DNA of 63,464 nucleotides, filler included, from Perkinsus chesapeaki ATCC PRA-425 (Eukaryota; Protista; Perkinsozoa), in NCBI GenBank assembly GCA_013115145.1. It is 11 parts of 11 records of this genome, joined end to end, with 100 filler letters (N's around TTAATTAATTAA, not from the genome) between each part and the next. Parts side by side here need not be neighbours in the genome. Positions count along the whole stretch, not along the records: positions 37,362 to 38,442 come from JAAPAO010002221.1; positions 38,543 to 43,920 come from JAAPAO010001166.1; positions 44,021 to 46,501 come from JAAPAO010001593.1; positions 46,602 to 47,996 come from JAAPAO010001987.1; positions 48,097 to 59,385 come from JAAPAO010000852.1; 6 more parts are not named here. The stretch is one strand, 5' to 3'. Both the position numbers and the translations under genes were made by a program. This document shows, piece after piece, positions 37,362 to 48,221 of the stretch; position 1 is the stretch's first letter, and the number at the start of each line of letters is the position of its first letter. Below the pieces are notes generated by a model. It was not told where the DNA came from. It ran no database searches and saw nothing but the letters and a program-made list of their open reading frames with translations.

Positions 37362-38442
37362 TCAAGCCTTGCGGAACTACGGGTATCTCTCGTCCAGGCT
37401 GGTATAAGTGTACACTTTCGCCATGTGCAGGGTAAGTGTAATGTCATCGCCGACCGCCTGTCACGTCTAGGTATCCTGTTCCCGCTTCGCCCGGTTGCCA
37501 CGGATCAGTCCACCACCATCAGCCAACTGCCTCTCGTAGGCGTGGCCTTGGAGGTATCTGGTGAACTCCTTCACATGGTTGAAGCTGCGACAGCGTGTGA
37601 CACCACCATACCTACAGGTCTCGAAGCTGGTACTGTGAAAGGGAGGTCAGTCCTACGCAGAGGAGGGGCGATATATATCCCAGAGTCTTGCCGGCAACGT
37701 GTGCTCGCACTCGCTCATTCAGGAAACCATCTTAGCGGTCGTCGCACTGTAGGGGCCATAGCTAATTTAGCCTGGTGGCCATCGTGGAGACGCGATGCGA
37801 AAGAATGGGTGAAGAAATGTGCAAGGTGTGCCAGAGAAGCGGCTAGCATTCAAACTGATAAACTTGAAGGCAAACTATCATCTCATTTTGCAACCGAGCG
37901 CTTCTCGGAGGTATACATCGATGCGTGCCGCCCTGATGTGGGATTAACTGTGTTCCTCATCGTTGATAATTTCTCCCGTTGGGTGGAGCCTTATATCACT
38001 GAGGACGCTTCATCCAAGTGCGCGGTAGAAGCTTTGGTTCTTTGGTGCGCTCGGTTCGGGTGTCCTAGAAGTGTACGATGTGACCAAGGAAGCCACTTTG
38101 TAGCTGAGACTTTCAAGCATTACTGTGAGTCTAACAACATAGAGCTTTCCTTTGGGAGCCCCTACAACCCGATGCGTCAAGGGTTGGTCGAGAAACAAGT
38201 AGGAGAGCTCAAGAAAGGCCTCAGGAAGCTCGGTAGGTGGGACGCAGTTGCGGTGTCACTAGTTTGCTCTGCAAGCAACAATAGTGACATCGGCGACACA
38301 GGGTTCACTCCCCATGAACTAGTTTTCGGTGAAGCTGGAAGGAGTGCTCTTTGGCAGGCACTTGCCGATGATGCAGAGGAAGCAAATATGTGGTGTCGTA
38401 TGGATGTGAAAGACTACTGCCAGAGCCTGGCTGCCCTACTCA
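37362..38442 (+). mobile_element. Ty3/gypsy pol fragment: end of RNase H plus HHCC and DDE integrase, open across the whole contig
   Basis: HVQGKCNVIADRLSR, AHSGNH...CARC, VYIDAC...IVDNFSRW, RCDQGSHF and NPMRQGLVEKQV. Confidence 0.92.
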
Positions 38443-38542
38443 NNNNNNNNNNNNNNNNNNNNNNNNNNNNNNNNNNNNNNNNNNNNTTAATTAATTAANN
38501 NNNNNNNNNNNNNNNNNNNNNNNNNNNNNNNNNNNNNNNNNN

Positions 38543-38822
38543 GCGTCCACCAAATGATATTAATAAAAGATCTGTTAGTAGTTATAAAGTTATAGCATCT
38601 GCTCCTGGTTGTCCTACTATCGATCAAGGTTCAGTAAATGGTCAAGGATCAACTACTGATGAAGGTTGGGTTGAATGTGCTATATCATCTCAAGGTAGAA
38701 GAGGTAATGATGTATTATTTATTAGACAACAATTTCAAGTATCGGTTAATGCCACTAATCCCAGTGGCCAAGGTCCAACCGCTTTATTGCATGTATCCCT
38801 CGGTAGGAAGGCTCCGACTTGA
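38543..38822 (+). CDS. 3' end of a second J-domain/FN3 paralogue (FN3 part only; 5' part lost at contig start)
   Basis: 38543-38804 matches 42319-42580 with one difference seen. It then reads RKAPT* with TGA at 38820-38822. Confidence 0.8.
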
Positions 38823-40981
38823 CCGAGCTTCCCCAGCCAGCCATTCGGCCCTAGTGAGCCACTGGGAGCTCCACGGCTAGGAAAGATGCGTGGTAAGGGG
38901 TGTGCCGGTCTGGAGGCATCTGCGAGACTGGTCATACGTGGGACTGTGATTCTTTTTGCGAAGTCGATTTGAGTTTGCTGGGCACCGATTGTACTGTGGC
39001 AGTCCAGTAGAAAGATGCCAATTATGCGTCGCTCCGCCAGGAAGTCCCAGACTCCGAGGCGCCTAAGTCTTGGCGGTCTCCGAGGCGTTGCTCAGCAGCA
39101 ACACGGCAATCATCACATGTCCATGCACTCGCCGATGGAGGTATCTTATGCCACTCGGGAACCGCTGGAGCTCCGTCTCAGCCTCGTGCGGCCGGCGCCG
39201 GTAGAGGCAGAACCTCCTCGTCGGACTCGATCTCGCCGATCTCGGATATCGTGGACGGGCCTCCTCGCGGAGGGATTCGCAGAGGCATTGACATCCCACC
39301 CCATTTGCCACCCTACAGCAACATGCCTCGGACTCCAGAGAGGCCATCTGGGCCACAGATGAAGTCATTCAAGCTTTCCAAGGAGCATTGGACAACGCCA
39401 GGTGAGGAGGCTCCTTGCGAACGAGGAAGTCCACTGTCAGCTACTACGGCATCGACGCCCAGCGGGGTTGCTTTGGTTTCGAGCGCCAGCGTTGCGTATG
39501 AGGCTGCTCGGGCGGAGGTGAGGGTTCTGGTCGGGTGGGTGATGATTGCGGTTTAGAGAGTGGAGCCGAGGCTGGCGTTGGGGAGCATGCAACCACCATT
39601 CCCTGCTATGCAAAGGGAAAGATTCCGGAGGCTCCCGACGGGCGACTCGTCGTACAGCCCCCTGGGGTACGACACTCAGGACGAATCTCAGCAGTTTAGC
39701 CCTCCCAACGCTCCACAGTGGATACCACTGGGAACCGCGGATGCTGGAGGAGCGTGCATGGCTTCCTCGTCCTCCTCAGAGGGAAGGTGTGATGGTGGGG
39801 GTCGATGGATGGAGCAGGCATCTGGACAGTTACCAGTGCCCGATCGTTGTCACCGACAGAGCTTGCCAAACGGACGAGAGCTTCTTTCGTCTTCACTCTT
39901 CATCCCTACAGCCCCACCACCAGCATGCAGCTCGCAGATTCACTAGGGACAGTTGGGTCCAGACCACCCCAGCTCTGGCCTCCCCGACGAGGCAATGGCC
40001 CGCACCTGCTGCGATGGTGGACACTAGACAAGGCCGAATAATAAGGTAACAGCAGTCCCTAGTTAGGAGCACTTTGCCGCTGCTTCTGCGAGACTGTACT
40101 AATATCGTATCCTTTACATAATTGTCTGAGTGCTTGAAGAGAGGGCATGCCGAGCCTGGCTATGCTACGGTACTACCATTTCGGTACCAGCTTCCTTATG
40201 CTGCTGTTCAGCTGATATCAAATCGCTGTGAGGATGCCCCTCCCCCCTCAATACCGTTTCCCTTAGGATCACCAACACCTACCGTCGCCTAGAGCCCAGC
40301 GTCTACCGCAGCACACCATTGCCACCGCCCACTGCTACTGCTGCTGCTGCCACTGTCAGAGCAGAGGCCCCAAGGTCGGAAGACCTTTTGATCGTCCTTA
40401 CCAGTGTTTGTTCAGGCCGCCTCATGTTGTTCGGTTTTCATCCCCTCCGCCGCCACCGCCTCGGGTCACCTACAGTCGGTCCTTCCTACCGATATCTCCT
40501 CAAGTCAACACTTCGTCGAGTTTGGTCACCTCGTCCCAGTCCCCTCCCAGAGCCCTGGGCTCCTACGTCCTTCGCCCGGCGGCGGCCCCAGTCGGCCAGC
40601 CGCGCCTGTTAGCGTCTCAGCAGGTCTACCGCGCCGGCTTCTAATGTGCCACCGCAGCCGCCGCTGCTCTAAAGTCTAAAGCTATGTATATCTCCCGGCT
40701 CCTCCGATGCCCGATTAGTTTTGTGGTTCATGTTAGTGTAATTAAATTGATTATTTCTGGCACGATGTGACTGAATCAGTCTTCCTTCCTGAAGTTAGTT
40801 TTCCTTTACTCCTCGTCTCTCTTGCGTTCCTCGGGACCGTCTCCGGTCGGGAGAATGTTGCCTCACCCCTCCAGTGGTCATTAGCAGACGTCACGCTGTT
40901 CCTAACTAGTAGATTGCGTCGCTCCGTCGGGTGTTATTTGCCGTTTGCTATCATCAGTATCTTTAGGCGCTTGCCATCCGT

Positions 40982-42706
40982 ATGTCTGGCTATGGTCGCA
41001 GGAGCTCGGGGCGGCAGACGCCAGTGCCGATGGATATCAGCCCCCCTCCCACTCGAAGACGAAGCGCACGGCTCTCTCCTCTCGATCATGGCCACTCTGC
41101 TGGGGGGATGACGCTGCTGCAGATTCCTAGACTGAAGGGCCTGAGTCGCTGCCACAGTCAACCAGTGATACCCAGTGTAGGGCGTCTGGTCCTCAAGCCT
41201 GCCAAGAGAAGACGAGACTCCGTGGAGGACCGCCAGTTGGAGCAGGAGGGAGCTGGGGGGCCGGCATCGGGACCGAGGCCGAGGAAGCTGAGGAGATCGG
41301 TGGTGCTGAAGATGCGCAAGAATCCTGTGACGATTGCTCCGAGCACGTCGGGGAAGAAGCGCGGTCGGAAGTCCGCGGGAGCACAGGAGACTCGAACACC
41401 CGTGGAGTCCCCGGCGGTGAGACGAAGACTGATACCGTCAACGGGCACCAAGAGGTCACATCGCCCAAGCGAGATCCCCCAACCTACGCCGGATACCTTA
41501 TCAAAGCTAAGACGACGCTTGCCGACTGCATCCTCGGCAGGGAAGAGATCCGCCGGAGAGGCGGAGCTGCCAAAGCCGTCACCCTCCGCGTCACCACCGT
41601 CCAGGCGGAGAGTGGTACCGCCAACGGCAAGCAAGAGGTCGGTTAGGAGCGGCGGAGGTCAGCAGCGGGTGTCGTCTCCGCGGAAGAGACAGAAGTCTGG
41701 GCCCGGCCCGTCTCCTACTGGTAACTCTCGAGGGTCCACGGGGAGCGGCAACATTCCCCGGATGACAGTGAAGATGTTGAAGGAGGAGCTCACTAAGGAA
41801 GGCATCGATTTCTCGGGATGTGTCGAGAAGTCTGAACTGGTCGAGAAGTTGAGGCAGGTCAGGGCCGCCGGCACCGTAAGGCGAAAGGCTCGAGGCTCGC
41901 CAGCCGTTTCGAAGCCGCAAGAGCTTCGCCCGCCGAGGCGGTCTCTACGTCTCAGCCAAGCCGCCGCACTGGCGCAGCAACCGAAGGCGGTACTGAAGTC
42001 AGGGTTGATGATTGAACTGGAGAGGATAGAGGGACTAGGGAGAGGGGCAGATCCGATAGAAGTACTTGGTATGATGAAGAGACCAAATAATGTAAATGAA
42101 GTTAAAAAGATACTTCGAACACTTTGTAAAGTATTACATCCCGATAAAACAGCAAATGAGCCACATTTGAAGAATAGAGCTAATGCGGCATTTCAACGTA
42201 TTAATGCCGCAGCTCAAGATGTTATAAAATCGATTGAAGAAAGGACAAGTGGCGGCCCACCAGGAAGAGTAGAAGGTTTAACTTATCGTATGGAAGGTGA
42301 TGTTTTGGTGGTTCAATGGCGTCCACCAAATGATATTAATAAAAGATCTGTTAGTAGTTATAAAGTTATAGCATCTGCTCCTGGTTGTCCTTCTATCGAT
42401 CAAGGTTCAGTAAATGGTCAAGGATCAACTACTGATGAAGGTTGGGTTGAATGTGCTATATCATCTCAAGGTAGAAGAGGTAATGATGTATTATTTATTA
42501 GACAACAATTTCAAGTATCGGTTAATGCCACTAATCCCAGTGGCCAAGGTCCAACCGCTTTATTGCATGTATCCCTCGGTCGAAAGGCCCCCTCCCGTAT
42601 CCCTCCTCCTCCTTCCTTAGAGGGCCTCAGGAGAGGGAATGTTGCCACCGCTGCAGCTCGATCCCATGGCCTTGGGGGCCTTCGTCGACACAACACTGTA
42701 TTCTAG
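40982..42706 (+). CDS. Intronless 574-aa protein: basic R/S/P-rich disordered N-terminus, SAP/HeH-like helix pair, J-domain (HPD), FN3 domain
   Basis: MTVKMLKEELTKEGIDFSGCVEKSELVEKL (SAP/HeH-like). PIEVLG...LCKVLHPDK...NAAFQRINAA (J-domain). PPGRVEGL...VQWRPP...SYKV...FQVSVNATNPSGQGP (FN3). Confidence 0.82.
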   Translation: MSGYGRRSSGRQTPVPMDISPPPTRRRSARLSPLDHGHSAGGMTLLQIPRLKGLSRCHSQPVIPSVGRLVLKPAKRRRDSVEDRQLEQEGAGGPASGPRPRKLRRSVVLKMRKNPVTIAPSTSGKKRGRKSAGAQETRTPVESPAVRRRLIPSTGTKRSHRPSEIPQPTPDTLSKLRRRLPTASSAGKRSAGEAELPKPSPSASPPSRRRVVPPTASKRSVRSGGGQQRVSSPRKRQKSGPGPSPTGNSRGSTGSGNIPRMTVKMLKEELTKEGIDFSGCVEKSELVEKLRQVRAAGTVRRKARGSPAVSKPQELRPPRRSLRLSQAAALAQQPKAVLKSGLMIELERIEGLGRGADPIEVLGMMKRPNNVNEVKKILRTLCKVLHPDKTANEPHLKNRANAAFQRINAAAQDVIKSIEERTSGGPPGRVEGLTYRMEGDVLVVQWRPPNDINKRSVSSYKVIASAPGCPSIDQGSVNGQGSTTDEGWVECAISSQGRRGNDVLFIRQQFQVSVNATNPSGQGPTALLHVSLGRKAPSRIPPPPSLEGLRRGNVATAAARSHGLGGLRRHNTVF

Positions 42707-42840
42707 ATATTATTATTATGCAGCTGCGTCTATCATTCTGACAATGTAACCACACCACTATCGTTTGCACAAGTCTGCATCACCGTCGGTTCTTGCGCTA
42801 AGTCAATTCCGAGTCGGGCAGTCTCGGTCTCCTCTCTCTG

Positions 42841-43266
42841 ATGGACTTCTTCCCGGCTATCATTCAGCTCCGCACCATGACATGGATCCCATGGACCATC
42901 GCCTCGGCCATGGCTCTCATCGGGGTCCTCGGCTTCCTTATCACCACGTCCAATGTTGGTAAGAAAGGGCCTGAGCCTATCGCTGTCAGGCGCAGCGCTC
43001 GTCTGAGGGAGCGAAAGGTACCGGCTTTTGTGAGGTCCTGTCCTCATTACGCGTTCAGGAAGCCAGTGGCGACGGCTCTGAGGACATCCCCATCACATCT
43101 GGTACAGCCCCATGGCCGGATCGACTTGATCGTTCTGTTAGGTGACAAGAGATCCGCGGTATACTATATCATTATGGCCACGCTCGCCATCGTCTTCGTT
43201 ATGGTAAATTGGCCACCCATCCGAAAATATTACACATTATCTTTCAGCTGGCTTCCGTGCTCGTAG
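42841..43266 (+). CDS. Hypothetical small membrane protein with two hydrophobic segments and an RRSARL motif
   Basis: WTIASAMALIGVLGFLIT and VYYIIMATLAIVFVMV are hydrophobic stretches. No family recognised. Confidence 0.35.
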   Translation: MDFFPAIIQLRTMTWIPWTIASAMALIGVLGFLITTSNVGKKGPEPIAVRRSARLRERKVPAFVRSCPHYAFRKPVATALRTSPSHLVQPHGRIDLIVLLGDKRSAVYYIIMATLAIVFVMVNWPPIRKYYTLSFSWLPCS

Positions 43267-44020
43267 TGGCCATCCCAGAAGTGTCTCGTCCCTTCGACTC
43301 CCATCTGCAAGCTTTCTCGGCTAAGCTGGCCTCCTTGTCAGCTGTCTCCCGCGGCGGCGGGGCAGCCGAGCTATAGATATCCCATGCATGTGACCTGCTA
43401 TGTCTCCCTCTTTCGTTGACCATCCGCCGCGATTCCATCCAAATGGTCAGCTTTTTCATGGACCTTTTCTCCTTCGCCGTATCAGGCTTCAAGGCAGTGC
43501 AGACAGTGCATTCCTGCTACAGCAAGGCCATGGAGCTGCATTCTCTCGCCACCAAGGAGATTGCCGTAAGCGTGGAGAAGTTGGCCGCAGCCCTGCAGTG
43601 CCTGCAGGCCCCTCTCCGATTGGCCCAGGTTGCCTGATCATCTCGGCTTGTCTATGTCAGCCGTTCCATGTTGCAGTTACTTCACGTCAGAATGCCCACC
43701 AGCGACGCTGTGAGTGCAGCGGTTGGCCTAGCTCGTCAGGCCGTCCATGAAGCCGAAGAGCTGATCGACACTCTCATGGTAAGAAGTTTCACATTTGCGG
43801 AATGAACCTTCGCGCAACATTTGTTTCAGTCTCTCGAGGCCGGTGATGAATTGTAGATGCATGACGTTTGTATATCTGTGATACTTCGCTTCGCTCATGC
43901 GAGCGCGGTTTCATTTCCGTNNNNNNNNNNNNNNNNNNNNNNNNNNNNNNNNNNNNNNNNNNNNTTAATTAATTAANNNNNNNNNNNNNNNNNNNNNNNN
44001 NNNNNNNNNNNNNNNNNNNN

Positions 44021-45407
44021 CCGATGGAATTGGAACCCGGATTTTCCGACGTGGAATTGGAACCCGGAAGCGATGTTCACTTTAATCGGCCCCAGGTGTT
44101 TCCGGGTATGGTGGCCAAGCGCCTGGGCTGGAAGAATCCGGTTGTGAGACTTGCCTTGCGGCTGGGTGCGTGGTCCACCCTATACGAGCAAGCAGGTGCC
44201 ATGATATTCTTCAACTCCATCGATCAGGATGTGCTGTTGGCTGTGGCAGTGTGGATGGTTTGATATCCCGCTCTGTGATTGGCCGGCGGCTCTGAAGCAA
44301 CCCTTGGCTGTGGTGCGTCGCACTGGCATGTTGGGTCGTGTGGTCGATGATAGGGTGTATGCTTTGCGCAAGCTGCCTTCTGCTATTTTTAGAAGACCTG
44401 ATGATGCCGACTGGTCCGCTGAAAAGGAGAGCAAGTTTGGATCTTATTGTCGGAAGTTCACTCTGTCCAGTGCCAATAAGTATATGGAATGGTTCTATCT
44501 TTCTGCGCTGTCATTGGAGAGGATGGTGGTTTCGAAGCAGCTTGGGAGGGCGGATCTGGCCGGTTTTGATCACTGGTGGAAGCGCCGCCACCACATGCTG
44601 GCTGGAGGTTCTTCTTCCTTCAGGGCTGCCGCCACTGCACAGATTCGCGATCCGCGACTACGTAGTGATGATAGGCCTGGGAAGAAGCTGGTAATGGAGA
44701 CTAGTTTGCTGAGGTCGCCTGCAGCCATTGTCAATGATGAACCGCTTGGCGTATATCGCACTAGTACCAAATATGAGCCGGGTGCCAAGCAACGTGCGTT
44801 ATATGCCGTTGATGATGATTGTTATGTAGTTACGGCCTATGCTAGTTCCAATGCCGAGAAGGAGATGTCCGGAATCAGGTATGCTCTCCCAAAACAGCTA
44901 CCCACTGATGCAGTGGGCTGGCAAGTCATGAGTGAAATGCCTGGGTTGTCTTGGCTGTCTGTGGATTATTCTGACTACAACTCAGAACACACGACTGCCG
45001 AGCTAGTGTTGATCAACTTAGCTCGTCATCAGGCTTGGTTGGACTACTTGCCCCTTGGGGTGAGTGATGCTGTGCCCGACAAGCTGCAGGCCACTGCCTG
45101 GGTTGCCCTATCGCAGTTCAATTCCTACTGCATCGGCAACGACATGAATTGTAGGAAGACACAGGGCCTGGGCAGTGGTGATAGAGATACGGCCAGAAAC
45201 AACACTGGGATACACGATGTGAACGTTGACGTCGCTAGGACTGACCTGAAGCTATGTGGATTTCCCGTTGACCCAGTTTATGGTGATGACGAGGACATTG
45301 CTTTTTCGGAGTTGTGTGAAGCTGTTGCTTACGGGAGCTACCAGCGCAGCGTGGGACATGGCATTAACCCATTGAAGGTGTTGGCCGGCTTGCATCATCA
45401 TGAGTAT
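44021..45407 (+). other. RdRp: Endogenous viral element: totivirus-like (Ghabrivirales) dsRNA virus RNA-dependent RNA polymerase, truncated at motif E, one frameshift near 44250
   Basis: Ordered motifs: WWKRRHHMLAGGSSS; STKYEPGAKQRALY (44763-44804); DYSDYNSEH (44964-44990); GLGSGDRDTARNNTGIH (45165-45215); YGDD (GDD at 45282-45290); GHGINPLK; HEY. These are colinear with the totivirus pattern STKYEWGKQRAIY / DYDDFNSQH / SGxRxTxxxNT / GDD / EFL. Confidence 0.88.
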
Positions 45408-45801
45408 GCAAGTACCAGAGTGGTTCAAGCTCCAGCTAAATGAGCGAGAAAATCAGGTGATGGCGTTTGAGCTGTATGCAGTAGCTGCCGCAATCGAAAC
45501 GTACTGTGTAGACCCCAGGAGGAGTTATCTGGTCTGTACGGATTCGGAGGTTGTCCGTAAGATGGTGAGCCCGGGATCAGGGAAACCTGCGGACATGAAC
45601 GCGGTTGTTGGGCGTATGTGGGATCGCTTAGCAAGCGGGCTCGTAAGCGCGTACTTCTGCCGGGTTGCTAGTGAGGCGAACCCAGCGGATGGGCCATCCC
45701 GAGGGCTGCCCGTGAGCAGCCAGTGGGTAGAAGTGCCCTGGAGGACACCTGGTGTCCTCCAGGGCACTTGGTCCAAGCTACTTGCTATGACGAGCAGCTA
45801 G
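45400..45801 (+). mobile_element. DIRS-type RNase H fragment (lacks first DAS motif) fused to the viral RdRp
   Basis: QVPEWF...RENQVMAFELYAV...CTDSEV...RVASEANPADGPSRG matches the E, D and final D RNase H motifs, as in the DIRS element at 25259-25999. Confidence 0.82.
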
Positions 45802-47733
45802 TAAGAGATACACGAGGCGCGTCAGCGCCGGTGCAGAAGCTTGAAGTCGTGAGCACCATAGGTGCTGGTAGAGGAGAACATGCGTGTTGTGTTCGTAGTG
45901 CACCACAAGATGGGCAGGCACCAGGCCTGCTCAATGGGGCCACGCAAGCTGACCGGGCACAGCTACAGCTGCCAAAAGGGGGCTGCGCAAGGTGGAAGAA
46001 TCTCGAAAGCATCACGGAAGGGTGAACGGGCCCTGACGATGGCCGGGCCAACCAGGTGGACGAGTAGGACCCAGAGACCGAGCTGCAGCTAGCGAGGAGG
46101 CCGCTCAAGGTCGGGAGGAGCGAACGACAAGGCCGAATTTCCTGACTGTCAGGGCGACGCTCTAGCATACGGAAGGCCGCTCTTTAGCACCGGAACCTCC
46201 TGTTCCGTTCCCCGCGTCACCCATCCGCTGACGCACGCGTGCACATGGAGTTACGCTTCGCCGGATGCCCATAGGATTTTACAACGAGACACTAATGTGT
46301 ATCGATATATAGTTCGTTGTTGATAGCTTACGTAGATGGATTGGTGCCACTGGAGACCGTTGGAGTGAGCCTGTTATTCTTGGTCATGTTCGTTGGACGA
46401 TCAATCACTCAGAGATAGGAGATTCCAGTCTCTGTCCTCAGATTTTGATGTTCTCAAGACCGATTGTGTTGCCCTGTATGCGTGCTCCTGTTACTGAGAC
46501 CNNNNNNNNNNNNNNNNNNNNNNNNNNNNNNNNNNNNNNNNNNNNTTAATTAATTAANNNNNNNNNNNNNNNNNNNNNNNNNNNNNNNNNNNNNNNNNNN
46601 NTATAATTAATAATAACAATAGTATTAGGCACACTCTTCATGCCTAATACTCAATTCAATAATTCAATTTATGTCACGTACTCATTTATTCTGTAGCGAC
46701 ATATTAACGGGGATACTGCCAGTAACCCGGCATCATTATGTTTTTGATTTTTCATTGTTTAATCCTTTGTTCCGTTACATTATTGGTCAATCAAGTGAGG
46801 GATTATTTACTTTTAAATTTCTAATTTAATCTATTACTGCTACTACTGCTACTACTATTGCTACCACTACTATTATCACTCATCACCCCTCATATCATCA
46901 CTACTACTATTTCGCTTTTATTACTACTTTTGTTATTACCACAATTATCACTTCTACTAGGAGTTATTTTTAGTACTATTAACTTCCATCACCGCATTCG
47001 TTTCTATTTCTATTAACACGTGTATTACCACTATTATCACTTCTATTAACACCACTACTACAGATGTTGCACGGTAATATTGAACACTGGTATTCACTAA
47101 AACAGCAACTACCTAATTGACACGACTAATAATCATAGAGCATGAGCCTTGTGCTATTAGTTTCTGTTTAGTATTTAACCACTTGTTGTTGTTACATTAT
47201 TGGTCAATTAAGGATTATTTATAGTGTAACTCGGAGCTAAAGTTAAAACTAATCTAGTACAACTAATATTTAATGCACATTTTACTTACGAAACCAATGA
47301 ACTAAGCGTGTTTGTGGTTTCCGAACTAAGTGATATAGGATCGGTAGTATAATTATATTTAGGATTATAGGAGGATTATATTATTATGGTAGGATTATAA
47401 TTATATCAGTATTCTGCATAAGGGACATTGTAATAATTACACAGGGTAACTTCATACTATAAAAATACACACGAATATATTGAATATACTGATACTATAC
47501 ATACTGTCGCACACACTAACATAGGGCTTTGTCCACATCTATTCATTCACGTATTACACTCATTAAGCAATTCTCAATATTGTTAATTAGTGTCAATTGT
47601 TGTTGTCACATCCGTGTACTCCCGTCTCGGGCCATACCACACCACACCACACCACCAAACTAGTCCAAACCAAACTTGTAAGGGTTGTTAGTATATACTT
47701 AAGTAAAAAACTCTGTTTCTCTTCAGAAATAAA

Positions 47734-47996
47734 ATGCCACCACGCAAGAACAACAGACCGAAGTGCAGTGTTTGCGCAAAGTTTTTGACCAAGGCTGGTC
47801 TTTGTATGGCTTGCATTTCGCGTGATGTAAGCTTGCAGGTTATCTCGTATATAATCTATTTTCTCCTCAGCTTCGTAATGAGAACCACAAGAAAGAAGAG
47901 GAGGCTAAAGCTGCAGTTGTTCAACAGGTAGGTCACTCTCTTCGACTCATATATACTTTTTTCTTTCAGCAGTCACAGGCGCCCATACCACCAGTA
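47734..47996 (+). CDS. Hypothetical protein 5' end with CxxC..CxxC motif (3 exons, truncated by contig end)
   Basis: MPPRKNNRPKCSVCAKFLTKAGLCMACISRD|LRNENHKKEEEAKAAVVQQ|QSQAPIPPV, using introns 47827-47870 and 47928-47969. Confidence 0.6.
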
Positions 47997-48221
47997 NNNN
48001 NNNNNNNNNNNNNNNNNNNNNNNNNNNNNNNNNNNNNNNNTTAATTAATTAANNNNNNNNNNNNNNNNNNNNNNNNNNNNNNNNNNNNNNNNNNNNCTAC
48101 TCACTCATTCATTATGCCTGCATCCATCAACGAGTTGCGTCAAGAGAATGAACGGAACATCTTAACAATCTTTGCGCACTGTGAAGAATTTGAATTCATA
48201 TGAAAGCTGGTCCTTCCTCAC

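Noticed and set aside
41158-41920. Long antisense ORFs opposite the 574-aa gene and opposite pol genes (e.g. 61278-61787, 28486-28995)
   Set aside because: Shadow ORFs of GC-rich coding sequence with no recognisable motifs.
44229-45801. Functional RdRp-RNase H fusion replacing reverse transcriptase
   Set aside because: The two domains are in different frames, the RdRp lacks its thumb and the RNase H lacks its first catalytic Asp. It is better read as a recombination junction.
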